From: a virus
Strand: one strand, 5' to 3'
Length of the DNA: 36,670 nt
Virus record (IMG/VR): IMGVR_UViG_3300045988_060017
Span: 1 to 36,670 of that record
The position numbers and the translations under genes are program-made. Positions 1 to 6,894 of the stretch are shown here, one piece after another. The notes below the pieces were generated by a model. That model worked only from the letters and a program-made list of their open reading frames with translations. It had not been told where the DNA came from and made no database searches. Within the stretch, counting starts at the first letter, position 1. Each line of letters opens with the position of its first letter.

Positions 1-50
1 TAACAGAACCGGAAGTAACAGAACCGGAAGTAACAGAACCGGAAGTAACA
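1..50 (+). repeat. 15-bp coding tandem repeat GAACCGGAAGTAACA (PEVTE), start-of-window part. It is continuous with 36616-36670.
   Basis: taaca + 3 perfect units at 6-20, 21-35 and 36-50, then a degenerate gaacctaccgagccggaagca. Confidence 0.95.
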
Positions 51-206
51 GAACCTACCGAGCCGGAAGCAGAACCGACCGAGGAGGAAATCGCCGCAGC
101 AAAACGCAGCGCAGCCGCAAAGAAGGCCGCAGCTACTAGAGCAGCAAAGAAGGCCGCAGAAGAAGCCGAAAAAGCCGAAAATGCGGATATCTCCGAGTTT
201 GAATAA
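1..206 (+). CDS. 3' portion of the gene that starts at 36286 and crosses the window junction. It encodes the rest of a (PEVTE)n linker and an Ala/Lys-rich C-terminal helix (AAAKRSAAAKKAAATRAAKKAAEEAEKAE). Virion-assembly protein of unknown role, possibly scaffold-like.
   Basis: 36286..36670 is 385 nt (128 codons + 1 nt). The split codon g|ta (Val) and the frame continue at position 1 to TAA at 204-206. The 15-bp repeat unit is continuous across the junction. Confidence 0.7.
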   Translation, partial: TEPEVTEPEVTEPEVTEPTEPEAEPTEEEIAAAKRSAAAKKAAATRAAKKAAEEAEKAENADISEFE

Positions 207-220
207 TTAATTTAAAGGGC

Positions 221-1378
221 ATGATAGACGGAAAAAGAATATATCTAGCAGTCCGCAAGGCTATTAACCTACTTCCGCGACAGGCGGAAGGGGTTGTTAG
301 CTATGATGCGGATAACCTGTACCCGCAAAGGATAGCCAACCTTATAGACGCTAGCAAAACCGCTACGGCGTGCGTGGCAAAAGCCGCCGAGAATATAGTA
401 TGTGAAGGCTTCGCCGTGGAAGAGTTCGCCCGTATGACGAACGATAACGGGCAGGACATGAACGACATACTAGAATTTATCGGGGAGGACATTCCGAGAT
501 TTCGCGGTTATGCGCTGATAGTGCAGTACGGAGGCGACTACAAGCCGAAAGCGGTGTATCCTGTTCCGTTCGGCTATGTCCGCGCAGTACTTAACAAGAA
601 TTACAAGGAGAATAGCCGCGTAAACAAATGGTTAGTATTTGATAACTGGGACAGGGGGATGCTGAAGGACACTAACAGCAAAACCGGAAAGATATACCCC
701 ACATTCAACCCGGCTAAATTTGCCGAAGAATGTGAGGAATACGGAGGAATCGAGAATCACCCGGGACAACTGTATTATAGCAATTTTTCGAACCGTGTAC
801 CCTATCCTACCAGTCCGTTTCACGCGGTGCAGCCCGAAATGGCAGCGGAACGCGGAAACGCCATGTATGTGGAGAACGTATTATCTAGAGGGTTCCACGC
901 ATGTAGCATAGTTACGCACGGAGATTTTGAATCAGACAGGGAACAAGACGATTTCCGCGAAGCCCTTACAAATATGATGGGCGTTGAGGGGACCGGAGCG
1001 GTATTAACGGTACGTGACACAGCCGTAGGCATATCGGACAAACCATTTATCAGAGTGGAACAGGTAGGAACGCCAATAGACGCCGACCTGTATGAAAAGT
1101 ATTCCGAACCGTTACGCAAAGATATTGCAATAGCGTGTTATACTATCCCTATCCCGCTAATAGATTCATCATTAATTAACTTTGCGAATGCTTCCGGGGA
1201 AGTGGTTAAAGAGATGCAGAAAGTGTACAGGCGCTCGCTATCCCGAGTACGTGAACGCATATCTAGAGATTTGGCGTACATCTTTGACCTAGATACTGCA
1301 ATTACTGATATAAATAACAATCTCGAAGGGGAAGCGGTGGACACAGCCGCCACGAAACCCGGAGAACAAACCGTATAA
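221..1378 (+). CDS. Putative portal protein (385 aa)
   Basis: ATG preceded by an A/T-rich leader. The central segment FREALTNMMGVEGTGAVLTV...DADLYEKYSEPLRKDIAIACYTIPIPLI resembles the portal pattern 'G..naG..lvl ... f.e.r..i..af.iP..ll'. A connector-like gene follows. No other portal candidate is present in the genome. Confidence 0.55.
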   Translation: MIDGKRIYLAVRKAINLLPRQAEGVVSYDADNLYPQRIANLIDASKTATACVAKAAENIVCEGFAVEEFARMTNDNGQDMNDILEFIGEDIPRFRGYALIVQYGGDYKPKAVYPVPFGYVRAVLNKNYKENSRVNKWLVFDNWDRGMLKDTNSKTGKIYPTFNPAKFAEECEEYGGIENHPGQLYYSNFSNRVPYPTSPFHAVQPEMAAERGNAMYVENVLSRGFHACSIVTHGDFESDREQDDFREALTNMMGVEGTGAVLTVRDTAVGISDKPFIRVEQVGTPIDADLYEKYSEPLRKDIAIACYTIPIPLIDSSLINFANASGEVVKEMQKVYRRSLSRVRERISRDLAYIFDLDTAITDINNNLEGEAVDTAATKPGEQTV

Positions 1379-1380
1379 GT

Positions 1381-1821
1381 ATGGCATATCCTATTGCAAG
1401 ATTAAGAAGTTTGTTTTCTCTAGCGGCCGACGTCAAGGATGCCGACCTAGAGAAAGCATTTTATGAGGCTGACCAACTAGATGTCAAGCCCCAAATTTGT
1501 ATGACCTACGAGGCCACTCCACAAGAATACAAGCCGGATAATGACAATTACGCAGGACTTGACACCGTTATATGCTATTATGCTTTCGCGCGCTACGTGC
1601 AGACGAGTGAACTGAATAGCACGGCAAGCGGAATTAAGATACAGAACTACCTGGGTAGCTACATATTGCCGGACGTCAACAAGGCCAAGAGATTCGAGGC
1701 CGAGAGAGGGAAGGCGGACCAATTTATAGAGCCGCTTTTGGAACAACTCCGAAAAGACGGGCTATTAAAAGATTCGTGCGAATGTAACAGAGTACAAAGT
1801 AGAATATGTTTAATAAGGTAA
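1381..1821 (+). CDS. Hypothetical virion protein, possibly a head-tail connector/adaptor (146 aa)
   Basis: Starts 2 nt after the portal stop. The N-terminus (ARLRSLFSLAADVKDADLEKAFYEAD) resembles gp6-like connector N-termini. Position is between the portal and the lysis cassette. Confidence 0.35.
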   Translation: MAYPIARLRSLFSLAADVKDADLEKAFYEADQLDVKPQICMTYEATPQEYKPDNDNYAGLDTVICYYAFARYVQTSELNSTASGIKIQNYLGSYILPDVNKAKRFEAERGKADQFIEPLLEQLRKDGLLKDSCECNRVQSRICLIR

Positions 1822-2351
1822 TGGACAGGATACTAGACGCGGCGCGAATATCGGCGATTGCCTTTATAATGTCAGTAACCAACGATGTTATGACATTTTT
1901 TGTACTTATTGTCCTGTTCGGTACGCTGAATTTCGTGGTAGGGCTTGTAGCAGATTTAAGGGCCGGAAAACCGTACTCACACCGGAAGGCATTCCATGCA
2001 TTTTTCGAGTATGCGATAGCCGCGATAGTTATCACTTTCACGGCGGCGGCGGCAAGGCTTATACAACCGGAAGGGGACTATACACACGTTCTGAGACTGT
2101 TAACAACGTTATTTGCACTTGTGTATGCGAAGAATATTATTCGTAATTTCAAGTTGATACAGCCGGATAACGAATTTATAGCAGTGTTGGACATGCTGAT
2201 TAACACTAAGTATGTAGAATTTATAAAAAAGTTAAAGAATGGAGTATTTCACAGTGAAGGAATTAACAAGGTCGGTGACGGCGGAAGCCCGGAAGATAGA
2301 CAACACACCGACCCCGGAAGCGGAAGCAAATCTGAAAGGATTGATAAGTAA
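1806..2351 (+). CDS. Putative holin, a multi-pass membrane protein (181 aa from ATG 1806; alternative start at ATG 1821)
   Basis: Three to four hydrophobic helices (ISAIAFIMSV..FFVLIVLFGTLNFVVGLVADL; FFEYAIAAIVITFTAAAARLI; LRLLTTLFALVYA) and a charged C-terminal tail. It lies directly upstream of, and overlaps, the endolysin gene. Confidence 0.6.
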   Translation: MFNKVMDRILDAARISAIAFIMSVTNDVMTFFVLIVLFGTLNFVVGLVADLRAGKPYSHRKAFHAFFEYAIAAIVITFTAAAARLIQPEGDYTHVLRLLTTLFALVYAKNIIRNFKLIQPDNEFIAVLDMLINTKYVEFIKKLKNGVFHSEGINKVGDGGSPEDRQHTDPGSGSKSERIDK

Positions 2352-2637
2352 CGTACTAGACCCGCTACGGAAGGCATACGGGCACCCGATAACGGTAACT
2401 AGCGGTTATAGGTCGCCGAGGCTTAACGCGGCGGTAGGGGGCGTAAAAACGTCACAGCACCAAAGGGGCCAGGCCGCAGACATAACCGCAGGCAGCCTGG
2501 AAAAAAATAAAAAACTATTCGATTTGGCACAGGAATTGAACCTACCATTTTGTCAACTCATAGACGAGAAAAAATACAAGTGGGTGCACATCTCATATGA
2601 TAAGAATGATGTTAGACGTCAAGTACTACACTTATGA
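2239..2637 (+). CDS. Endolysin, zinc peptidase of the M15 (VanY / Peptidase_M15_3-like) family (132 aa)
   Basis: SGYRSPRLNAAVGGVKTSQHQRGQAAD (H-x6-D zinc ligands) and a C-terminal WVHISY histidine. The FTVKELTRS N-terminus is typical of the family. Confidence 0.85.
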   Translation: MEYFTVKELTRSVTAEARKIDNTPTPEAEANLKGLISNVLDPLRKAYGHPITVTSGYRSPRLNAAVGGVKTSQHQRGQAADITAGSLEKNKKLFDLAQELNLPFCQLIDEKKYKWVHISYDKNDVRRQVLHL

Positions 2638-3212
2638 GCCGATTAAATCAAATATTAATACTAGCCGTCGCACTGGCGGCTATATTGCTTTTCTTCGCGT
2701 TCGGTAAGATACGGAAGCAGAGAGCCGAGATAGACCGCCTAGATTGGAATATAGAGGCGGTAAATACCAAGTCGATGCAATACAAGTCAACGGCGGGAGA
2801 TTACGCGGAGCGTGTGAATACTTTGACCCTAGAGAAATCAGAGCTAGAAATGTTTAATGCAGACCTTAATAATAAGGTACGCGAGCTAGGAATAAAGAAC
2901 CGGGAACTAAAGAATGCCACACGCACCGAGACCGTTACGAGAATAGACACAGTAATAAAGACCGTAGTAGACCCTACCGGGACGAAAAGAACCGCGCACT
3001 ATAATGACGGTTGGAACGATATAAAGGTTGAGAGCCTTCCGGACAGTACGAAATTAGAGGTACATTGCACTGATTCGCTAGATGTAATTACGCACGTCCG
3101 GCAAAAGAAGTTCCTTTTCTTTAGAATCGGCAAACCGAAACCCTACACAACCGTCTCAAACAAAAACCCGAAAAGTACGCTTCATATTAGCTTTTCGGCA
3201 AAATTCGACTAA
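2634..3212 (+). CDS. Membrane-anchored coiled-coil protein, spanin-like (i-spanin/Rz-like candidate) (192 aa)
   Basis: ATGA overlap with the endolysin stop. It has an N-terminal TM helix (ILILAVALAAILLFFAFG) followed by a charged coiled-coil-like segment. It is the last gene of the lysis cassette. Confidence 0.4.
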   Translation: MSRLNQILILAVALAAILLFFAFGKIRKQRAEIDRLDWNIEAVNTKSMQYKSTAGDYAERVNTLTLEKSELEMFNADLNNKVRELGIKNRELKNATRTETVTRIDTVIKTVVDPTGTKRTAHYNDGWNDIKVESLPDSTKLEVHCTDSLDVITHVRQKKFLFFRIGKPKPYTTVSNKNPKSTLHISFSAKFD

Positions 3213-3220
3213 AAATATTT

Positions 3221-3570
3221 ACAATTGCAACCTATCTATTACACCTATCTGTGACACATAACTAGCTGTGTATCAAGTTACAAACTTTTTGCTGTCACAG
3301 ATAAACATTTTTCATCAGTGACACTAAACGTGCAGTAAATAAAGTACTTATGGCTAGTGTAATAGATGTAATAGATAAATCGTATAGAGATAAAATAGAA
3401 AAGTGCTATAAATGTTAATATATATCAAATCGTATATAGTATATTTTCATTTTAAACTAATAGGGAAAATGCTGTTACATCTGTGACATTACGCCTAACT
3501 TGCTGAACTACTGCACGTTAGGCGTCATTCTTCATCTGTGACGCTAGCAATGTATCTGTGACACCCCGCA
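3221..3570 (+). repeat. Non-coding iteron module, copy A, a direct repeat of 19691-20060. Six CTGTGACAC-type sites surround an AT-rich core.
   Basis: Conserved blocks against copy B are 3271-3324 (51/54), 3355-3395 (38/41) and 3511-3542 (30/32). Sites are ctgtgacac 3250-3258, ctgtcacag 3292-3300 (palindromic), cagtgacac 3316-3324, ctgtgacat 3481-3489, ctgtgacgc 3536-3544 and ctgtgacac 3556-3564. Confidence 0.9.
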
Positions 3571-3616
3571 AAATTGTTAATCGTAGTTAAATACACAAAG
3601 TTTTTTCGGAAAATGT

Positions 3617-3646
3617 TTTGTAGTTCAGAAATAAGCCGTATCTTTG
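3617..3646 (+). promoter_or_regulatory. Early promoter P1 (Bacteroidota type): -33 TTTG at 3617-3620, -7 TATCTTTG at 3639-3646
   Basis: gttttgtagttcagaaataagccgTATCTTTGcaatgtcg. It is near-identical to the cassettes at 11422 and 12951 and has an 18-nt spacer. Confidence 0.75.
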
Positions 3647-3863
3647 CAATGTCGATAAGGAAATGAGAACCCCGCCAATCGTAACCAAAGGGGGTGAGAA
3701 GGGAAACACGGACGGTATCCCAATTCATTTGAAAAGACGGTGCGGTATCCGCTTAATTGAAGCTATAAAGCCGGAATCCTTATAACGACAAAAACTGTAA
3801 ACCATACTAAATTTTATAGCACTATTCCGGAAGGCCGGAGAATCGGACTAATAATTACTAGAT

Positions 3864-4214
3864 ATGGGATATTTAAAAATTTACCGACTAGAAAAGTTTT
3901 TCTACGATACGGTAAAAAAGCGAATCTTTGAATGTCTTAACCTGTGGACGATAAATGAGCTATACGGGCGCAAAGGCGCTGTTAGCATAGCGGAAGTATT
4001 TGCAAAGGAACTAGAGGAAGAAGAAGCCGGAAAAAGATTTGAATATAACATCCGGGGCTTTATCATACCGAACGCCGACAAGTATCTATCCGTCTACGAG
4101 CAAGCGCGCCAACGCGCCTTTATAGATTACTTATACTCTCGGAAGGGGCAATTTAGAACGATGAAGGAAACAAAAGAAAATTGGAAAAGAAATGGAAGAA
4201 AAAAGAGAAAATGA
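3864..4214 (+). CDS. Hypothetical early protein with a basic C-terminal tail (116 aa)
   Basis: First ORF after P1, with ordinary non-repetitive protein composition. No motif recognised. Confidence 0.6.
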   Translation: MGYLKIYRLEKFFYDTVKKRIFECLNLWTINELYGRKGAVSIAEVFAKELEEEEAGKRFEYNIRGFIIPNADKYLSVYEQARQRAFIDYLYSRKGQFRTMKETKENWKRNGRKKRK

Positions 4215-4380
4215 CCTACTGACAGTAGCACAGGCCGCACGCCTAGTAGGGTGCACGGAAAACGCTATCCGGTATCAGTTGCAAACCGGGAATCTTACCA
4301 GATTTGAAAATGCAGCCGGGAAGATACGTGTATCACGTAATGAAGTATTAGATAAACTTTTAAATTTTGAAAAGAAATGA
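4192..4380 (+). CDS. Small helix-turn-helix DNA-binding protein (excisionase/MerR-like HTH_17 type) (62 aa)
   Basis: LLTVAQAARLVGCTENAIRYQLQTGNL is a classic HTH_17-like pattern. The gene overlaps both neighbours. Confidence 0.7.
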   Translation: MEEKRENDLLTVAQAARLVGCTENAIRYQLQTGNLTRFENAAGKIRVSRNEVLDKLLNFEKK

Positions 4381-4961
4381 GAATTAATTTTGAACTGAAC
4401 ACCGAGAACGAGAACCCGAGTATGTTACAGGCAACCGCCGAGTATCTGAACAACCTTGCAAAGATTAACGTAGGGCACGCAATTGAACCCGTACAGGGAT
4501 TTGCAGAACCTAAACCGGGTAATTGTGCATGTGAGGAAGAAAAGCCCTTAGAGGAGCTTAAAAAGGGTGAGAGTATTGCCGAATCTATTGAGGCAGTAAA
4601 GGAACAACTAGCCGCCGAGAAAGAAGAAGCTAAAAAGACTACTAGACGTAGAGCGGTTAAAAAGGAAGAACCGGAACCAGCTAAAGAACCGGAACCAGCC
4701 AAAGAACCGGAACCAGCTAAAGAACCGGAACCAGCTAAAGAACCGGAACCCGCTAAAGAACCGGAACCCGCTAAAGAACCGGAACCCGCTAAAGAACCCG
4801 CCACAATCGAACAGGCCAAGGCCGTTGCAATGAAGGCGTTAAATAAGGGCCGCCGGGATGTGGTAAAAGACGCATTCGGATATGTGGGTGCAACGTCTTT
4901 CCCTTCACTTCCCGCCGAGAATTACGCCGACTTTATCAAGTACATAGAAGAAAACTTGTAA
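4377..4961 (+). CDS. Hypothetical early protein with a (EPEPAK)x7 low-complexity linker (194 aa)
   Basis: ATGA overlap upstream. Layout is an N-terminal domain, a charged helix, seven EPEPAK repeats and a conserved-looking C-terminal domain (AFGYVGATSFPSLPAENYADFIKYIE). It lies immediately upstream of the nuclease gene. Confidence 0.75.
   Translation: MRINFELNTENENPSMLQATAEYLNNLAKINVGHAIEPVQGFAEPKPGNCACEEEKPLEELKKGESIAESIEAVKEQLAAEKEEAKKTTRRRAVKKEEPEPAKEPEPAKEPEPAKEPEPAKEPEPAKEPEPAKEPEPAKEPATIEQAKAVAMKALNKGRRDVVKDAFGYVGATSFPSLPAENYADFIKYIEENL
4668..4793 (+). repeat. 18-bp coding tandem repeat GAACCGGAACC(A/C)GC(T/C)AAA x7 (EPEPAK)
   Basis: Seven contiguous units. Units 1, 3 and 4 read ..ccagctaaa, unit 2 reads ..ccagccaaa and units 5-7 read ..cccgctaaa. 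A truncated unit follows (gaacccgcc). Confidence 0.95.
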
Positions 4962-6133
4962 TGATACAGAATCATAGCGAAAGGGAACACGCGCTATTAT
5001 CCCCTAGTTCATCTAGCCGTTGGTTGAATTGCACTCCTTCGGCTAGGCTAGCGGAGAACGCAGAAAATAAATCAAGTGTATATGCCGAAGAAGGCACTTT
5101 ATTCCACGAGATTTGTGAGTACTGCCTAGCGCAATGGAATGCCGGAGTATGGGAACCCGACCCGTTCGGGGAAGAACTTCCGGAACTTAAAGACGACCAT
5201 TTGATGCACCCGCTATTTAAACAAGAAATGTTCAAGCACGCCCGCAATTATTGCGATTTCGTGATGAACGAGAACTATAACCTAGAAAAGTCGGACGGGG
5301 CGTGCAAAATGCTGTTAGAGGAAAAAGTAGATATCTCCGAATACGCGCCGGAATGCTTCGGCTCTGTTGACTGTCAATTAGTGGGGCGTGATACGCTGAT
5401 AGTTATCGACTTGAAGTACGGGGAAGGTGTTAAAGTCTACGCAGAGCGCAACACACAAATGATGTTGTATGCACTTGGAGCGATTAAGGGGAAACCGTCT
5501 ATAAAGACTATCCGCCTAGTAATAGCACAAGTACGGTTAAATCATTTCGATGTGTGGGAAATATCAGCTAACGACTTGTTACAGTGGGCTGATAAGGTTC
5601 TGAAACCAACCGCTAAAAAGGCGTTCGCCGGAAATGGAGAACAAAAATTAGGTGATTGGTGCGGTTTTTGCCCCGTAAAGGCACAATGCCGTAAACAGTA
5701 CGAGGCGGTAGTATCGGACTTCGATAAGTACGAATACCCGGAACTATTGACGGAAGACGAGATTTGCGACCTTATCGAAAAGATAGATAAATACAAGGGC
5801 TGGCTAGAGAGTGTCAACAAGTTCGTGTATGATGAGGCGTTAAGGGGCCACAAATGGAAAGGCTACAAACTAGTATCGGGAAGGTCTAGCAGGGTGATAA
5901 CTGATGAAGAAGCCATACGGCAAGACCTGTTATCCAAGAAATACCTAGAAGATGAGATTTTTAACATCAAGTTGAAAGGTATTGGGGACCTAGAGAAGTT
6001 AGTAGGGAAAAAGCAATTTTCAGCCCTTTACGGACAGTATGTGAAGTCCAAGCCGGGCAACCCTAAACTAGTTCCGGACAGCGCGCCAGGGGACGAGATT
6101 AACCCGCTAAGCGATTTCGACATTGAAAGCTAA
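4961..6133 (+). CDS. PD-(D/E)XK nuclease of the Cas4/RecB-like (DUF2800-like) type with a predicted 4-Cys cluster (390 aa)
   Basis: N-terminal SPSSSSRWLNC, core VDCQLV...VIDLKYGEG (D...D/ExK), QMMLYALG (QxxxY) and C-terminal CGFCPVKAQC. It sits upstream of the SSB-like and PolA genes, as in known DUF2800-DUF2815-PolA modules. Confidence 0.8.
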   Translation: MIQNHSEREHALLSPSSSSRWLNCTPSARLAENAENKSSVYAEEGTLFHEICEYCLAQWNAGVWEPDPFGEELPELKDDHLMHPLFKQEMFKHARNYCDFVMNENYNLEKSDGACKMLLEEKVDISEYAPECFGSVDCQLVGRDTLIVIDLKYGEGVKVYAERNTQMMLYALGAIKGKPSIKTIRLVIAQVRLNHFDVWEISANDLLQWADKVLKPTAKKAFAGNGEQKLGDWCGFCPVKAQCRKQYEAVVSDFDKYEYPELLTEDEICDLIEKIDKYKGWLESVNKFVYDEALRGHKWKGYKLVSGRSSRVITDEEAIRQDLLSKKYLEDEIFNIKLKGIGDLEKLVGKKQFSALYGQYVKSKPGNPKLVPDSAPGDEINPLSDFDIES

Positions 6134-6156
6134 CAAATATTAAAATAAGTAAAGCG

Positions 6157-6189
6157 ATTGCAGGATATAAAAATAAAGCTATATCTTTG
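6157..6189 (+). promoter_or_regulatory. Promoter-like site: ATTG at 6157-6160, -7 TATCTTTG at 6182-6189
   Basis: It has the same -7 octamer as P1-P3, lies in an intergenic gap and is 35 nt upstream of the SSB-like gene ATG. Confidence 0.55.
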
Positions 6190-6223
6190 AATCGAATTAA
6201 AAATCCTATAAAAATTTAAAGAC

Positions 6224-6778
6224 ATGAGTAAAAAATTGATTTTAAAAAATGTGAGATTTTCCTATGTAAGAGTATTCGAGGCCGCTCCGATTATGGACGG
6301 AAATACAAACTATTACAGCGTATCCGTACTTATCCCTAAATCAGACACCAAGCAGGTGAACGAGATTAAGAAGGCCCTCAAAGAATTGGCGGACGAATTT
6401 CTAGCCAACAACCCGAAATTGAAGGGGGTACTTCCGGAAGGTTGGAGAAACCCGCTAACGGACGGAGATAAAAAAGGGGACACAGGGTACGAAGATATGT
6501 GGGTATTGAACGCAAAGAGACAGGAAAAGAACGGTGCCCCTATTGTTATTGACAAATATAAACAACCGATTACGGTTAAAGAAGATATGTATTCAGGTTC
6601 ATGGGGAACCGCATCACTAAGTTTGTTCACGTACTTTAAATCCGCTACTAGTTGCGGAGTCGGTGTCGGGCTTAACGGGATTCAAAAAGTTACAGACGAT
6701 GATCGGTTAGACGGGGGTGCAAGCGTTAACGACTTCGATTATGAAGGAGGAGAAAGCGGTTTAAGTGATTTTGAATAA
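6224..6778 (+). CDS. Single-stranded DNA-binding protein, DUF2815-like (184 aa)
   Basis: The N-terminus LILKNVRFSYVRVFEA is typical of DUF2815. The acidic C-terminal tail DFDYEGGESGLSDFE resembles an SSB tail. It lies between the nuclease and the polymerase. Confidence 0.7.
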   Translation: MSKKLILKNVRFSYVRVFEAAPIMDGNTNYYSVSVLIPKSDTKQVNEIKKALKELADEFLANNPKLKGVLPEGWRNPLTDGDKKGDTGYEDMWVLNAKRQEKNGAPIVIDKYKQPITVKEDMYSGSWGTASLSLFTYFKSATSCGVGVGLNGIQKVTDDDRLDGGASVNDFDYEGGESGLSDFE

Positions 6779-6837
6779 CATTTTACAGAGTTTTAATTTT
6801 TATTTATTAACCGATTTTATTTTATAACAAATGTGCG

Positions 6838-6875
6838 AGGTCCGCCCGAGTAGAAGCGGGTGGGCCTTATTTTTT
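6838..6875 (+). terminator. Rho-independent terminator
   Basis: aggtccgcccg (6838-6848), loop agtagaa, cgggtgggcct (6857-6867). This gives an 11-bp stem with two G-U pairs, followed by tatttttt. Confidence 0.8.
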
Positions 6876-6894
6876 ACCCCTAAAATTAGAACAA

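Noticed and set aside
1-50. Identical repeats at both window ends read as direct terminal repeats or physical genome ends
   Set aside because: The repeat is an in-frame coding minisatellite inside one gene whose frame continues across the junction. This is what opening a circular assembly inside a tandem repeat would produce, and it gives no evidence for physical termini here.
720-911. Short plus-strand ORFs nested out of frame in long genes (720..911, 7554..7754, 26479..26679, 28405..28614)
   Set aside because: They are embedded in genes with strong motif or context support. They have an Arg-rich or otherwise atypical composition and lack any leader element.
3221-3570. CRISPR-array interpretation of the repeated CTGTGACAC sites (also 19691-20060 and 19421-19672)
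   Set aside because: The repeats are only 9-12 bp, irregularly spaced and in both orientations. There are no uniform spacers and no cas genes. The whole module is duplicated as a unit, which fits protein-binding iterons rather than CRISPR.
3240-3570. DnaA boxes, or Bacteroides invertible-promoter inverted repeats, within the iteron modules
   Set aside because: TGTGACA resembles the DnaA box complement TGTGGATAA only partially, and no full match was seen. The two modules are direct, not inverted. The ACGTTACGT string in copy B does not match the ARACGTWCGT invertase site (one extra base).
3525-3728. 67-aa minus-strand ORF across the end of repeat copy A and promoter P1
   Set aside because: It spans iterons, the -33/-7 boxes and the leader. 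It has no counterpart in repeat copy B and is most likely fortuitous.
3663-3785. 40-codon ORF (MRTPPIVTKGGEKGNTDGIPIHLKRRCGIRLIEAIKPESL) right after P1
   Set aside because: Its ATG sits where the homologous P3 leader has ATA, only ~11 nt from the predicted transcription start. It has no A/T-rich pre-start element. It is kept only as a possibility within the long-leader finding.
3650-3863. tRNA or other canonical RNA gene in the long non-coding stretches (also 19418-20192)
   Set aside because: I saw no GTTCRAnnC T-loop with a matching acceptor stem, and no cloverleaf could be drawn by eye. A tRNAscan-SE/Infernal run is needed to be sure.
4295-4819. 174-aa ORF on the minus strand (GSGSLA repeats)
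   Set aside because: It is the antisense reading of the (EPEPAK)x7 18-bp repeat inside a well-supported plus-strand gene. It has low-complexity composition, no promoter or leader, and every other gene is on the + strand.
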